Of a DNA stretch of 64,000 nt, positions 45,977-55,215 are shown piece by piece. Source of the stretch: Thermoplasmata archaeon (GTDB lineage Archaea; Thermoplasmatota; Thermoplasmata; Lutacidiplasmatales; UBA184); contig DAHUXZ010000004.1 of NCBI GenBank assembly GCA_027315455.1, positions 9,009 to 73,008 on the forward strand, given 5' to 3'. Made by a program: the position numbers and the translations under genes. Below the pieces are notes generated by a model. It was not told the DNA's origin. It ran no database searches and was given only the letters and a program-made list of their open reading frames with translations. The first letter of the stretch is position 1. Each line of letters begins with the position of its first letter.

Positions 45977-46996
45977 GTGGGCGGTTCGGTGGCCCGGGTC
46001 GTCGCGCGCGATCGCCGCCCCGACCCCGCCCCGCCCGGCTCGGCCCGCCGCTACGTCAACCAGTGGACCGAGGACGAGGCGCTCGACGGCGCGCGGGTCC
46101 GCGCGTTCGTGCTGATCCTCCGGACCCGGGGCTGCTACTGGGCGGACGTCAAGGGCTGCTCGATGTGCGGCTACGCGCGTGACACCCTCGGCCGCTCGGC
46201 GACGGCCGCCGAGATCGCCGCCCAGGTCGAGTCGGCGCTCCGCGATTACCGCGGCGAGCCGTACGTGAAGATCTACACCTCGGGAAGCTTCCTGGACGAC
46301 CGGGAGGTCGACCCGGGAAGCCGGGTCGCGATCGCCCAGGCGTTCCACGGCCGCGCCCGCCGGCTCCTGTTCGAGACGCTCCCCGAGTTCGTCCGGGACG
46401 ACACGCTTCTCCCGCTCCGGGAGGCGTTCGGGGGCGAGGTCGAGGTCGCCCAGGGCCTCGAGTCGACGCAGCCCGAGGTGCTGAACCGGCTGATCAACAA
46501 GGGCTCCACTCCGGCCGAGTACCTGGCGGCGGGCGACCGCATCCGCGCCCTCGGCCTCCGGGCGAAGGCCTACCTACTGCTCAAGCCGCCGTACCTGACC
46601 GAGGCCGAGGCCGTCGAGGACGTCGTCCGCTCGGTGGAGGTCGCGGCCGGGCACTTCGACGCGTTCTCGATCAACCCCGTCCACATCCAGGGGGGCACCG
46701 TCGTCGAATGGCTCTACCAGCGGGGGCGCTACCGACCCCCCTGGCTGTGGAGCCTCGTGAGCGCGATGGAGCGGTCCGCGTCGTTGCGCGGGGCCGCCCG
46801 GCTCGTGACGTTCCCGACGGCCGGCGGGCTGCCCCGCGGGCCGCACAACTGCGGGTCGTGCGACGCCCGGGTCCTCGCCGCGCTCGAGAGCGCGTCGCTC
46901 GACCAGCGCTTCGATGGCTTGGCCGCCCTCGACTGCACGTGCCGGGCCGACTGGCGCGCCCTGGGCGAGCTCGAGCCGATCGGGGTCGAGGCATGA
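45977..46996 (+). CDS. Radical-SAM protein of the COG1244/TIGR01210 type (archaeosine synthesis RaSEA-like)
   Basis: Cys cluster RTRGCYWADVKGCSMCGY near the N-terminus. GTG start 2 nt after the ribK stop. The family assignment is from memory of the motif. Confidence 0.65.
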   Translation: MGGSVARVVARDRRPDPAPPGSARRYVNQWTEDEALDGARVRAFVLILRTRGCYWADVKGCSMCGYARDTLGRSATAAEIAAQVESALRDYRGEPYVKIYTSGSFLDDREVDPGSRVAIAQAFHGRARRLLFETLPEFVRDDTLLPLREAFGGEVEVAQGLESTQPEVLNRLINKGSTPAEYLAAGDRIRALGLRAKAYLLLKPPYLTEAEAVEDVVRSVEVAAGHFDAFSINPVHIQGGTVVEWLYQRGRYRPPWLWSLVSAMERSASLRGAARLVTFPTAGGLPRGPHNCGSCDARVLAALESASLDQRFDGLAALDCTCRADWRALGELEPIGVEA

Positions 46997-47799
46997 GCCT
47001 CGCCCCGCGGCTCCCCGCGCACGCCGAGGCGACGATCCACCAGTTCCTGCGCGCCCACATCCGCCCGCCCGTCGCCGAAGGGGTCGTCGTCGGGTTGAGC
47101 GGCGGCATCGACTCGGCGCTCGTCGCCCGCCTCGCCGCCGACGCGCTCGGTCCCGGCCGGGTCCTCGGCGTCCTGTTGCCCGACCGCGCGTTCCCGGCGG
47201 AGCTGCGGACGGAGACCGAGGGGTACGCGCGGGAGCTCGGCATCGCGACGCGGACCCTTCCGATCGCCGAGGTCGAGGACGCGGTCCACGGGATGTTCCC
47301 CGAGGTTCACGACCTCGCGACGTGGGGCAACGTGAAGTCCCGCGTCCGGATGATGGTCCTCTACACGCTCGCCCGCGAGCTCCGCCGTCTCGTCGTCGGC
47401 ACGGGGAACAAGTCGGAGCTCCTCCTCGGCTACTTCACGAAGCACGGCGATGGCGGGGTCGACCTCCTCCCGATCGGCGACCTGTACAAGACCGAGGTCC
47501 GCGCCCTCGCCCGCCACCTCGGCCTCCCGGCGCCGATCCTCGAGCGGGCCCCGACGGCCGGCCTGTGGGAGGGTCAGACCGACGAGGCGGAGCTCGGCGC
47601 GCCGTACGAGGACCTCGACCGGGTCCTCCGGGGGCTCGAGGAGCTCCGCCCGCCGGACGACATCGCACGCGCGACGGGGCTCCCGCTCGAGGAGGTCCGC
47701 CGCATCGAGGCGCGGGTGGCGGTTCACCGCCACAAGCGGCGCCCGCCCCCGATCCCGAAGATCGGCCTGCGGACCGTGGGGATCGACTGGCGCGACTGA
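46993..47799 (+). CDS. nadE: NH3-dependent NAD+ synthetase
   Basis: PP-loop GLSGGIDSA plus the GTGNKSELLLGYFTKHGDGG block. The ATG overlaps the upstream stop (ATGA). Confidence 0.9.
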   Translation: MSLAPRLPAHAEATIHQFLRAHIRPPVAEGVVVGLSGGIDSALVARLAADALGPGRVLGVLLPDRAFPAELRTETEGYARELGIATRTLPIAEVEDAVHGMFPEVHDLATWGNVKSRVRMMVLYTLARELRRLVVGTGNKSELLLGYFTKHGDGGVDLLPIGDLYKTEVRALARHLGLPAPILERAPTAGLWEGQTDEAELGAPYEDLDRVLRGLEELRPPDDIARATGLPLEEVRRIEARVAVHRHKRRPPPIPKIGLRTVGIDWRD

Positions 47800-47889
47800 T
47801 CGCGGGGCGGCGCGAAAGGTTTTAGCGCCCCACCGCTCGGCGTAGTCACAGTTCTCGGGGGCGGGAGCCGTCCCCCCGACCGCATCCAC

Positions 47890-48819
47890 ATGGACCGCGC
47901 CACCTACCAGCGCCTCTACGAAGCCCTCCCGACCATGGACGACGTGCGCCGCGTCGCGAACGAGGAGGCGCTTGACGAGGAGCTGCTGTTCGTCATCCAC
48001 ACCCATCGCGTCACGCGCGACGCGACCCGGCGCTTCTACGTGGTGAAGCGCCAGATCCCGCGCCTGGTCCGCGACTGGCACCATGGGCGCACGATCCTCG
48101 ACATCGCGCGCGAGTGGCGCTTCCCGCCGGTCCTCATGGGCCAGATGATGCTCGGGGAGCTCAAGATCCCGAGGAAGAAGGTCTGGCAGACGTTCCTCCA
48201 CCCGGACACGGCCCCCGACGCGCGCCTGAGGACCGAGGTCCACGCGCTCCTCGACGCGGACCCGATCTACTCCCCCCGCGGGATGGAGCTGCAGCGCGAG
48301 CGCGGCCGCCGCGGCGAGGAGCGGCTCTACCACTGGCTCGAGCGCCACGGGATCGGCTACCGGACCGAGAAGGACCTCCGCGGGAAGTACGCGAAGACGC
48401 CGGACGCCCTGCTCGACCATCCGATCATCTTCTACGGCCAGAAGCTCGCGTGGATCGAGTCGAAGGCGAACTTCGGCGACGACGTCGAGCTGCGCAAGAA
48501 CCTCAAGCGCCAGCTCGCCCCGTACACCGAGCTCTTCGGCGAGGGGGCCGTCGTCTACTGGTACGGGTTCGTGGACGGCGCGGAGTCGCCGGCCGGCATC
48601 CTTTTGTGGGACGCTCCGACGCTCGAGTCGATCACTCCGACGCTCGCCCCGAAGGGCGCGACGGCGCACCCGGCCCATCGACCCCCGGCAGGAGCTCCGA
48701 CCGCGGAATCTCCCGCTGAGCCCCCGTCGCGAGATCCCGCTCGACGACCGCACCCCGCGCGAGCTCCCTCGGACCCACGATCAGGGCCCGACGAGCCTTC
48801 CGACGGGCTGCCTCTTTGA
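47890..48819 (+). CDS. PD-(D/E)XK-type nuclease-like protein with TPD motif (CDIN1/C15orf41-like), Pro-rich C-terminal tail
   Basis: The block YAKTPDALLDHPIIFYGQKLAWIESKANFGDD matches my recollection of the TPD-motif domain. The N-terminal half is helical. Confidence 0.55.
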   Translation: MDRATYQRLYEALPTMDDVRRVANEEALDEELLFVIHTHRVTRDATRRFYVVKRQIPRLVRDWHHGRTILDIAREWRFPPVLMGQMMLGELKIPRKKVWQTFLHPDTAPDARLRTEVHALLDADPIYSPRGMELQRERGRRGEERLYHWLERHGIGYRTEKDLRGKYAKTPDALLDHPIIFYGQKLAWIESKANFGDDVELRKNLKRQLAPYTELFGEGAVVYWYGFVDGAESPAGILLWDAPTLESITPTLAPKGATAHPAHRPPAGAPTAESPAEPPSRDPARRPHPARAPSDPRSGPDEPSDGLPL

Positions 48820-49978
48820 GCTGGCGGGAGAGCGACCGTTCCATGAGGTCCGCGTCGGCCGCGACGCCGGCGCGGCGCAGGCCCTCGACGAGCTCCCGGG
48901 CGACCGGGGCCTCGGCCGGGGAGACCGCGACCACGTAGGTGTCGAGCGCGGGCTCCCCGTCCGGCCAGCGCCCGTGGCGGCGCAGAAGGAGCTCGAGCGT
49001 CTGGTCGCCGATCGCGAGCCCGACGGCGGGCGTCGCCGGCCCGCCGAACAGCTCGATGAGGTGGTCGTAGCGGCCGCCGCCGAACAGCGCCCGGCTGTCC
49101 CCGGCCCGGTCGAACGCCTCGAAGACCGTCGAGGTGTAGTAGGCGAGGCCCCGGACGACCGTGGGGTCGAAGACGATGCGGTCGCCGAGCCCGAGGCGGT
49201 CAAGCTCGGCGAGGAGGCGCGAGATCCGGGCGGCGCCGGCCTGGCCGTCGGCATCGAGCGAGCCCGCGTCGAGCGCCGCGAGGACGTCGCCCATCTCCGA
49301 CGGGGCCACGCCGCGGCCGACGCGCTCAAGCAGCTCCGATAGCGCCGCGATCCCCTCCTCGGCCGCCCCGGCGGCGGCGAGCTCCGACCGGAACTCGGCC
49401 GGGGCGCTCTTGCGGTAGCGGTCGAGGGCGCGGAAGAACCCGTCGCGGTCCGCCACCCCGAGCCGGCGGCCGAGGCTTTCGGCGAGCGCCCGGTCGTTGA
49501 CCCGGAAGGCGTAGAGGCCCTCGGCCCCGGCCTCGTCGAGCACCAGCGCGGCCGAAGCGAGGACCTCGACCTCGGCGGCCGGCCCCGCGACCCCGAGGAT
49601 GTCGAGGTTGAACTGGGCGAACTCGCGCGTGCGGCCCGACTGCGGCTCCTCGTAGCGCCAGAGCCGCGAGATGGTGAACCACTTCACGGGGAGCGGCTCG
49701 GCCTTCGCCCGGTCGACGAAGACGCGGGCGAGCGACGGGGTCGTCTCGGCGACGAGCGTCACGTCCCGACCGGATTTGTCCGCGAACGCCCAGAGCTGCT
49801 GGGAGATCTCCTCCCCGCTCTTGACGCGGAAGAGGTCGAGGCTCTCGAGGCTCGGCGTCTCGAGCTCGGCGAAGCCGCAGCGCCGCGCGACGGAGCGCAT
49901 CCGTCGCAGGATCTCCGAGCGGGCCCCGGCGTCCGGAGGGGCGTAGTCGCGGAATCCGCGGAGCGGCGCGAACGGCAC
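48632..49978 (-). CDS. hisS: Histidyl-tRNA synthetase
   Basis: Class II motifs, including LWRYEEPQSGRTREFAQFNLDILG and GGGRYD, plus a C-terminal anticodon-binding domain. Confidence 0.9.
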   Translation of the reverse strand: MPFAPLRGFRDYAPPDAGARSEILRRMRSVARRCGFAELETPSLESLDLFRVKSGEEISQQLWAFADKSGRDVTLVAETTPSLARVFVDRAKAEPLPVKWFTISRLWRYEEPQSGRTREFAQFNLDILGVAGPAAEVEVLASAALVLDEAGAEGLYAFRVNDRALAESLGRRLGVADRDGFFRALDRYRKSAPAEFRSELAAAGAAEEGIAALSELLERVGRGVAPSEMGDVLAALDAGSLDADGQAGAARISRLLAELDRLGLGDRIVFDPTVVRGLAYYTSTVFEAFDRAGDSRALFGGGRYDHLIELFGGPATPAVGLAIGDQTLELLLRRHGRWPDGEPALDTYVVAVSPAEAPVARELVEGLRRAGVAADADLMERSLSRQLKEAARRKARRALIVGPRELARGAVVERDLATGAQREIPRSELLPGVDGPGAPSRPSGRASE

Positions 49979-50003
49979 GGGCGGCGAAGCGGGCTCCCCT
50001 CTC

Positions 50004-51110
50004 TTAAGTGCTCCCCCGGGGCGTGCCGGGAGGGGCCGCTGCGGCGTCGTCGATCCCCGGCGCGAGCGTGGCGGCCGGCCCGTCGGCCAGGGGGCGCAGC
50101 CGGCGGTAGGCGGCGATCGCCGCCGCGAAGTTCCGATGCTTGAGCTCCAGCGCGAGGCCCCGCAGCTCGTGGACCCACGGGCCCACCTCGGTGCCCGCGG
50201 CCCGCTCGCGCAGGAGGGCGTCCTTGACCCGTCCGAGCTCGGCGAGGAGCCGGGGGGCGAGGACGGCCCAGAGGGCGACGGCGGACCGCGCCAGGACCGG
50301 CTCGGCGGCCGAGCGCTGGCCGGCGCGCGCGAGACGCCGCCCCTCGGCGAGGGGGCCGAGGGCCGGCTCCGGGTCGCCGCCGAGCTCCCGGATCGTCGCG
50401 GCCATGAGGTCGCACTCGGCGATGAGGATCTGGACCGTGGCCCACTGGTCCTCGAGGTCGCCCAGCTCCTGCTCGATGTGGCGGAGGCGGCGCTGCGCGC
50501 CGGCGAGGTCCCCCATGCCGAGGGCGGCCCGGCACGCCTCGAGCTCGACGTCCGGGCTCGCCGTCGGCACGAGGGCGCTCAGCTCGTTGCGCCGGGCGAC
50601 GACGGTGTCGTACTCCTCGGTGAGGACCGCCGCCAGGTGGACGAACAGCTCCCGGGCGAGCGATTCGAGGGCGTCCCGGTCGCGGGCCCCCGCGGCCGCC
50701 TGGACCCGGTCGGCGAACGCGCCGAGGTCGACGCCCTGGCGCCGGCCGACCTGGAGGAAGTCATTGACCTGCCGAAGGAGGATCGGCACGTCGCCCGCCG
50801 GCGGGAGCGCCGGCAGCCCGACCGCGCCCGCGGGGGGCGGGGGGGGTGCCGCCGGGCGGCCGGCGGGGCGCAGGGACGGAAAGCGCCCGGCCGAGGACAG
50901 CACGGCCTCTTCCGGACCGGACGGCTCCGACGCGGGGTCGGCCTCGACGGCGGTGAGCAGCTCGCTCACGGCCCGCACGTACTGCGGGTCGGAGGCGGCG
51001 TCGCCGGCCGCCTCGCGGACCGCGTCGAACAGGCCGAGCGCGAGGTGGCAGCGCCCGCATTCGGTCGCGTCATCGGGCGACACGAACCCGCAGACCGGAC
51101 AGGAGGACAC
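50004..51110 (-). CDS. Hypothetical protein: N-terminal zinc ribbon, Pro-rich linker, long helical domain
   Basis: CPVCGF...CGRCH at the N-terminus. The remainder is Ala/Leu/Glu/Arg-rich and helical. I recognise no family. Confidence 0.55.
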   Translation of the reverse strand: MSSCPVCGFVSPDDATECGRCHLALGLFDAVREAAGDAASDPQYVRAVSELLTAVEADPASEPSGPEEAVLSSAGRFPSLRPAGRPAAPPPPPAGAVGLPALPPAGDVPILLRQVNDFLQVGRRQGVDLGAFADRVQAAAGARDRDALESLARELFVHLAAVLTEEYDTVVARRNELSALVPTASPDVELEACRAALGMGDLAGAQRRLRHIEQELGDLEDQWATVQILIAECDLMAATIRELGGDPEPALGPLAEGRRLARAGQRSAAEPVLARSAVALWAVLAPRLLAELGRVKDALLRERAAGTEVGPWVHELRGLALELKHRNFAAAIAAYRRLRPLADGPAATLAPGIDDAAAAPPGTPRGST

Positions 51111-51123
51111 GCCGGCCCCTCGG

Positions 51124-52059
51124 TCAGTTCCTCAGGGTGCGGCCGACGGCCGGCGCGCGGAAGGTCGGGGAGCGGATCTCGGGGTCGTAGCGGTGGTCCG
51201 CCGCCATCGCCCGGAGCGCCTCGATCCGCCGCTCGATGGGCGGATGCGTCGAGAACAGCGCCGTGAGCGAGCTGCCCCGGAACGGATTGACGATGAACAG
51301 GCTCGACGAGGCCGGCGAGCCGAACGGCATCGGGCGGCGCTCGTTGTAGTGCTCGAGCTTGACGAGGGCGTCGGCGAGGGCGTTCGGGTCCCGGATCGTC
51401 CGTGCCCCGACCTCGTCGGCCCGCGACTCCCGGGCCCGGGAGATCCCGAGCTGGATCAGCAGCGCGGCGATCGGCGCCGTGACCGCCGCCACGAGGATGA
51501 GCCAGCCGTTGCCCTGGCCCCGGTTCGACCCGCCCCCGAAGATCGAGGAGAAGATCACCCACTGCGAGACGTAGGAGATCGCGCCGGCGAGGGTCGCGGC
51601 GAACGTCATGACGAGAATGTCGTGGTCCTTGATGTGGGCGAGCTCGTGCGCGAGGACGCCCGTGAGCTCCCGGTCGTTGAGGAGGCGGAGGGCGCCTTCC
51701 GTCGCCGCGACGACCGCGTGGGCGGAGTCGCGCCCGGTCGCGAAGGCGTTGGGGGTCTGCGTCGGGACGATCGCGAGGCGGGGGCTCGTCAACCCGAAGC
51801 GCGGGGCGAGGTCGCGCACGATCTTCGCGAGGCGCGGTGCCTCGGCCTCGGTGACGAGCTGCGCCCGGTTCGCCCAGAGGACGAACCGGTCGCAGAGGAA
51901 GTAGGAGACGAGGTTGAGGACGAGCGACAGGCCGAGGGCGATGACCAGCCCGCCGAGGAAGCTTCCGAGGAGGTACTCGCCGAGCAGGCCTCCGATCACG
52001 ACGAACAGGCCGATGATGGCGGCGAAGAGCACCGCCGTCCTGACGCGGGGTCCGACCAT
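51124..52059 (-). CDS. htpX: Zinc metalloprotease HtpX (peptidase M48)
   Basis: HELAHIKDHD zinc motif flanked by TM segments. Confidence 0.9.
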   Translation of the reverse strand: MVGPRVRTAVLFAAIIGLFVVIGGLLGEYLLGSFLGGLVIALGLSLVLNLVSYFLCDRFVLWANRAQLVTEAEAPRLAKIVRDLAPRFGLTSPRLAIVPTQTPNAFATGRDSAHAVVAATEGALRLLNDRELTGVLAHELAHIKDHDILVMTFAATLAGAISYVSQWVIFSSIFGGGSNRGQGNGWLILVAAVTAPIAALLIQLGISRARESRADEVGARTIRDPNALADALVKLEHYNERRPMPFGSPASSSLFIVNPFRGSSLTALFSTHPPIERRIEALRAMAADHRYDPEIRSPTFRAPAVGRTLRN

Positions 52060-52080
52060 CGGCTGCGGCTCCGGCCCCCT

Positions 52081-53436
52081 TCAGCCGCCGCCGGTATAAA
52101 TCCGTCCCCCGGCGCGGCCCCGCCAGGGCACCTCGGGTCCGCGCGGGGCGAGGTGGCGCCTCGCCGACGGGGTGGGGTGGTACTCTCCCGGCGCGGGCGC
52201 GGACGGCGGGGGCCCCGACCGCGCGTGCTCCGGGGCGAAGCGGCGTCGGCAGCCCTCGCAGCGGAACCCGCGCGACGCGCCGAGCGAGTGGGCCGGCCGC
52301 TGACAGCCGGGGCAGAGGGGGGGGAGCCGGGGGCCCCGACGCGGCGCGACGCGCGAGAGGACGATCCCCTCGAGCCGGAACGTCGGGTCCTCGGCCCGAC
52401 CTCCCCAGACCTCGACCCGGTCCCCCGGGGCGAGCTGGCGGGCGATCTGCGGTAGGGTCTTCGTCGGCTCAAACGCGATGCAGTCGAGCCGGTCCCCCGC
52501 CCGGTCCTGGACCGTGAAGGCGATGTGACCACCCGCCAGCGGCCGCGGCGTCCCGACGACCGTCCCGCGGACCCGGCCGGCCGAGTAGGGGGCGAGCGTG
52601 CCGGCGGCGCGACGAAGGAGATGGTCGCCGGTCCCTTGATTGGTCCGGAAGATGACCCAGCGGTCGACCGCCTCGGAGCGCACCGACCGACGGGCCCGGG
52701 GGAGCACCGCGGGGTCGGTCGAGCGAAGTCCGTAGAGGATCGGGCACGCCGTGTGCGGGGCGACGAGCAGACGCCGCGTCCGCCCGTCCGCGCAGAGGAA
52801 GAGCTCCGGGTGCGCCGCCTGCGCCGCGAGCACGCTCGCCCGGCTGACCCGCCGGGGCCGCCCCGTCGTCTCGGGTCGGCGGTAGGCGATGAGCTCCCAG
52901 GTCGACCGGCGGGCCGGCCAGGCGATCGCGGCGGCCGCCCCCACGAGGCCCCGACGCGAACCGGACGTGCGGGATTCGACCCCGGCCGTCGCCACCCACG
53001 GCTCGACCTCGCCGAGCGCCACCTCGTCGCGTACGGCCTTCCAGTACAGACGCTCCGGAAGCCGGCGGGGGCTCACCACCATCGCCGGGTCGACCCGATC
53101 CTCGCCCGTCCGTGCCGTCGCGAGCACCGTCGCCCACGCTTCCTGCGCGAACCCGGCGCGCGCCGACGCGGTCGGCGGGCGGCCGCGCGCGAAGGCGAGG
53201 ACCGGACGGCCGGCGATCCGACCGACGACGCGGGAGGGGCCGACCCCGTGGCCGAACCGGGCCGCCAGCGCCGCGTTCCCCCGGGTCTTCCAGGGGACGT
53301 TGGGGTTGAGCCGGACCAGGCGCGGCTCCCCGAGGAGGTCCAGGCCGCGACCGCGGGCGACGCGCAGCAGCTCGGTGAGGACGTAGGTCGTGCATCCGCC
53401 GCGCGGGCTGTCGGTGTCGTCGATCCCGACCCACAC
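52081..53436 (-). CDS. tiaS: tRNA(Ile2) 2-agmatinylcytidine synthetase TiaS
   Basis: N-terminus MWVGIDDTDSPRGGCTTYV and a C-terminal zinc ribbon CPGC...CEGC. Confidence 0.85.
   Translation of the reverse strand: MWVGIDDTDSPRGGCTTYVLTELLRVARGRGLDLLGEPRLVRLNPNVPWKTRGNAALAARFGHGVGPSRVVGRIAGRPVLAFARGRPPTASARAGFAQEAWATVLATARTGEDRVDPAMVVSPRRLPERLYWKAVRDEVALGEVEPWVATAGVESRTSGSRRGLVGAAAAIAWPARRSTWELIAYRRPETTGRPRRVSRASVLAAQAAHPELFLCADGRTRRLLVAPHTACPILYGLRSTDPAVLPRARRSVRSEAVDRWVIFRTNQGTGDHLLRRAAGTLAPYSAGRVRGTVVGTPRPLAGGHIAFTVQDRAGDRLDCIAFEPTKTLPQIARQLAPGDRVEVWGGRAEDPTFRLEGIVLSRVAPRRGPRLPPLCPGCQRPAHSLGASRGFRCEGCRRRFAPEHARSGPPPSAPAPGEYHPTPSARRHLAPRGPEVPWRGRAGGRIYTGGG
52095..52100 (-). promoter_or_regulatory. 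TATA box (TTTATA on the minus strand) upstream of htpX, inside the 3' end of tiaS
   Basis: AT island 36-41 nt upstream of the htpX ATG (52059). Confidence 0.4.
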
Positions 53437-53438
53437 GG

Positions 53439-54305
53439 CTACCGCCGGGCGCGCCGACGGCGCCTCCAGAGGAGGAGGGCGCCGAGCAGAACGAGCGCGG
53501 CTACGGCCGCCCCGAGCGCCACGTAGGCCGTGGGGAACGCCGGCCCGAACGCGATCGAGACGGGGTGGCCGGAGCTCGAGTCGTAGGTGCCGGAGAAGTG
53601 GGCCGGCCCGAGGCCCCAGAGGTCGTTCGCGACCGACGTGGTGTTGAAGCCGGTCGCCCCCGTGACCGCGGTGGCGGCGGGGGTCGTCAGCGATACCGTG
53701 ACGGAGACCTCGCCGCCCGCGGGAACGAGCCCTGTAGAGGAGTTGTTGAACGTCAGGGCCAGCGAATGGGACCCCGAACCGTAGGTGAACTGGTAGGAGA
53801 GCGCCGACGTGACGAGGATCGGTTGGCTCGAGCTGACCGGGCCGGTCGCGTTCGCGAAACTGACGGAGTCGAGGTGGGCCGAGGTCGGCGGCGCGCCGTC
53901 GAGCACCAATCCGACCCCCCCGCCGCCCGTGAGGCTGCTCGCCGGCAGCAGCTGGACCTGCTGCTCGATGAGGCTCTCGAAGAGCGTCACTTCGCTCGGC
54001 TCGACGGTCCCGTCGCGGTTGCCGAAGAACGCGCCGATGATCGGGGTCGACTCGGCCGTCGCGATCTGAGCCAGGATCGTCGCGCGCTGCGTGGCGTTCG
54101 TGACGAGGGCGTCGACGAGGGGCGTGAAGTTCCCGTCCATCGCATAGCGGAGCGCGGAGCCGTTCGGATCCGTGAACGCCACGGTGGCGTTGAGCGCGCC
54201 GGAGGCGCCGAGCGTGAGGGATACCGAGCCACCGGGCGACCCTGCCGCCGGGGCCGTGGCGGCGGCGACCAGGAGGAGGACCGCCGCCATCGGGGCAACG
54301 CGCAT
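53439..54305 (-). CDS. Secreted, C-terminally membrane-anchored protein rich in N-glycosylation sequons
   Basis: Signal-peptide-like MRVAPMAAVLLLVAAATAPAAG, at least seven N-x-S/T sequons, and a C-terminal hydrophobic helix followed by RRRRRARR. Confidence 0.6.
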   Translation of the reverse strand: MRVAPMAAVLLLVAAATAPAAGSPGGSVSLTLGASGALNATVAFTDPNGSALRYAMDGNFTPLVDALVTNATQRATILAQIATAESTPIIGAFFGNRDGTVEPSEVTLFESLIEQQVQLLPASSLTGGGGVGLVLDGAPPTSAHLDSVSFANATGPVSSSQPILVTSALSYQFTYGSGSHSLALTFNNSSTGLVPAGGEVSVTVSLTTPAATAVTGATGFNTTSVANDLWGLGPAHFSGTYDSSSGHPVSIAFGPAFPTAYVALGAAVAALVLLGALLLWRRRRRARR

Positions 54306-54340
54306 CTGCGGGCCGTCCGGACGAGGGGGTCCTCTCTCCC

Positions 54341-55213
54341 CTACGTGACGCTCTGGATCAGCCGTTCGTAGGCGGCGCGGTTCGGCTCGAGCGCGATGTC
54401 GGTCACCGCGGGCCCCACCCGGTCGGGGAGGAGCTTGAGCTCCAGGGCGGCCGTCTCCGGGTCGACGCTCTTCGGGCGGTGCATCACACCGACCGGGATG
54501 CGCCCGGACTCCATCGTCTCGAGGCAGAGCCGGAAGACCGTCTTGCGGTCCGTGGCGTCGTAGCCCGGCAGCTTGGCCACGTCGACGATCTTCTCGCGCC
54601 AGAGCTTGAACGTGTCATTGTACGTCACGCAGGGTGAGAGGTCCTCGACGAACGCGAAGCCCCCGTTGGCCCGATTGAAGCGGATCGCCTCGGCCAGGAC
54701 CTGCATCATCCCCTTCGGGTCCCCCGAGAACGTCCGGGCGATGAAGTTCGGGACCGGGATCGACAGCGCGGTCAAGATGGCGTCGAACGGGTGCTCGATG
54801 TTCCCTTCGAACCCGATCTGGCTGGTGGGAGACGCCTGGCCCTTCGTGAGCCCATAGGTCTCGTTGTTCATGACGATGTAGAGGATCGAGGCGTTCTTCT
54901 TGAACGCGTGCATGAAGTGGCCCATGCCGATGGCGTAGCCGTCGCCGTCCCCTCCGGCCGCGATCACGGTCAGCCGCGGGTTGGCAAGCTTCACGCCGAT
55001 GGCCTGCGCGAGCAGGCGGCCGTGGAGCGCGTGGATGCCGTTGATCTCGATGAAATTGTGGATCCCTCCCGAGCAGCCGATCCCGCCGACGAGGACCTGC
55101 TCGTGCACCGGGACCCCGACCTCGGCCGCGGCCTTCTTCACCGCCGCGAGGACACCGAAGTCGCCGCACCCGGGGCACCAGGTCGAGGGGATCGGCTTGA
55201 CCGATTGCACCAT
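54341..55213 (-). CDS. 2-oxoacid:ferredoxin oxidoreductase, beta (TPP-binding) subunit
   Basis: WCPGCGDFG N-terminal block and the GGDGDGYAIG TPP motif. Confidence 0.9.
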   Translation of the reverse strand: MVQSVKPIPSTWCPGCGDFGVLAAVKKAAAEVGVPVHEQVLVGGIGCSGGIHNFIEINGIHALHGRLLAQAIGVKLANPRLTVIAAGGDGDGYAIGMGHFMHAFKKNASILYIVMNNETYGLTKGQASPTSQIGFEGNIEHPFDAILTALSIPVPNFIARTFSGDPKGMMQVLAEAIRFNRANGGFAFVEDLSPCVTYNDTFKLWREKIVDVAKLPGYDATDRKTVFRLCLETMESGRIPVGVMHRPKSVDPETAALELKLLPDRVGPAVTDIALEPNRAAYERLIQSVT

Positions 55214-55215
55214 CG

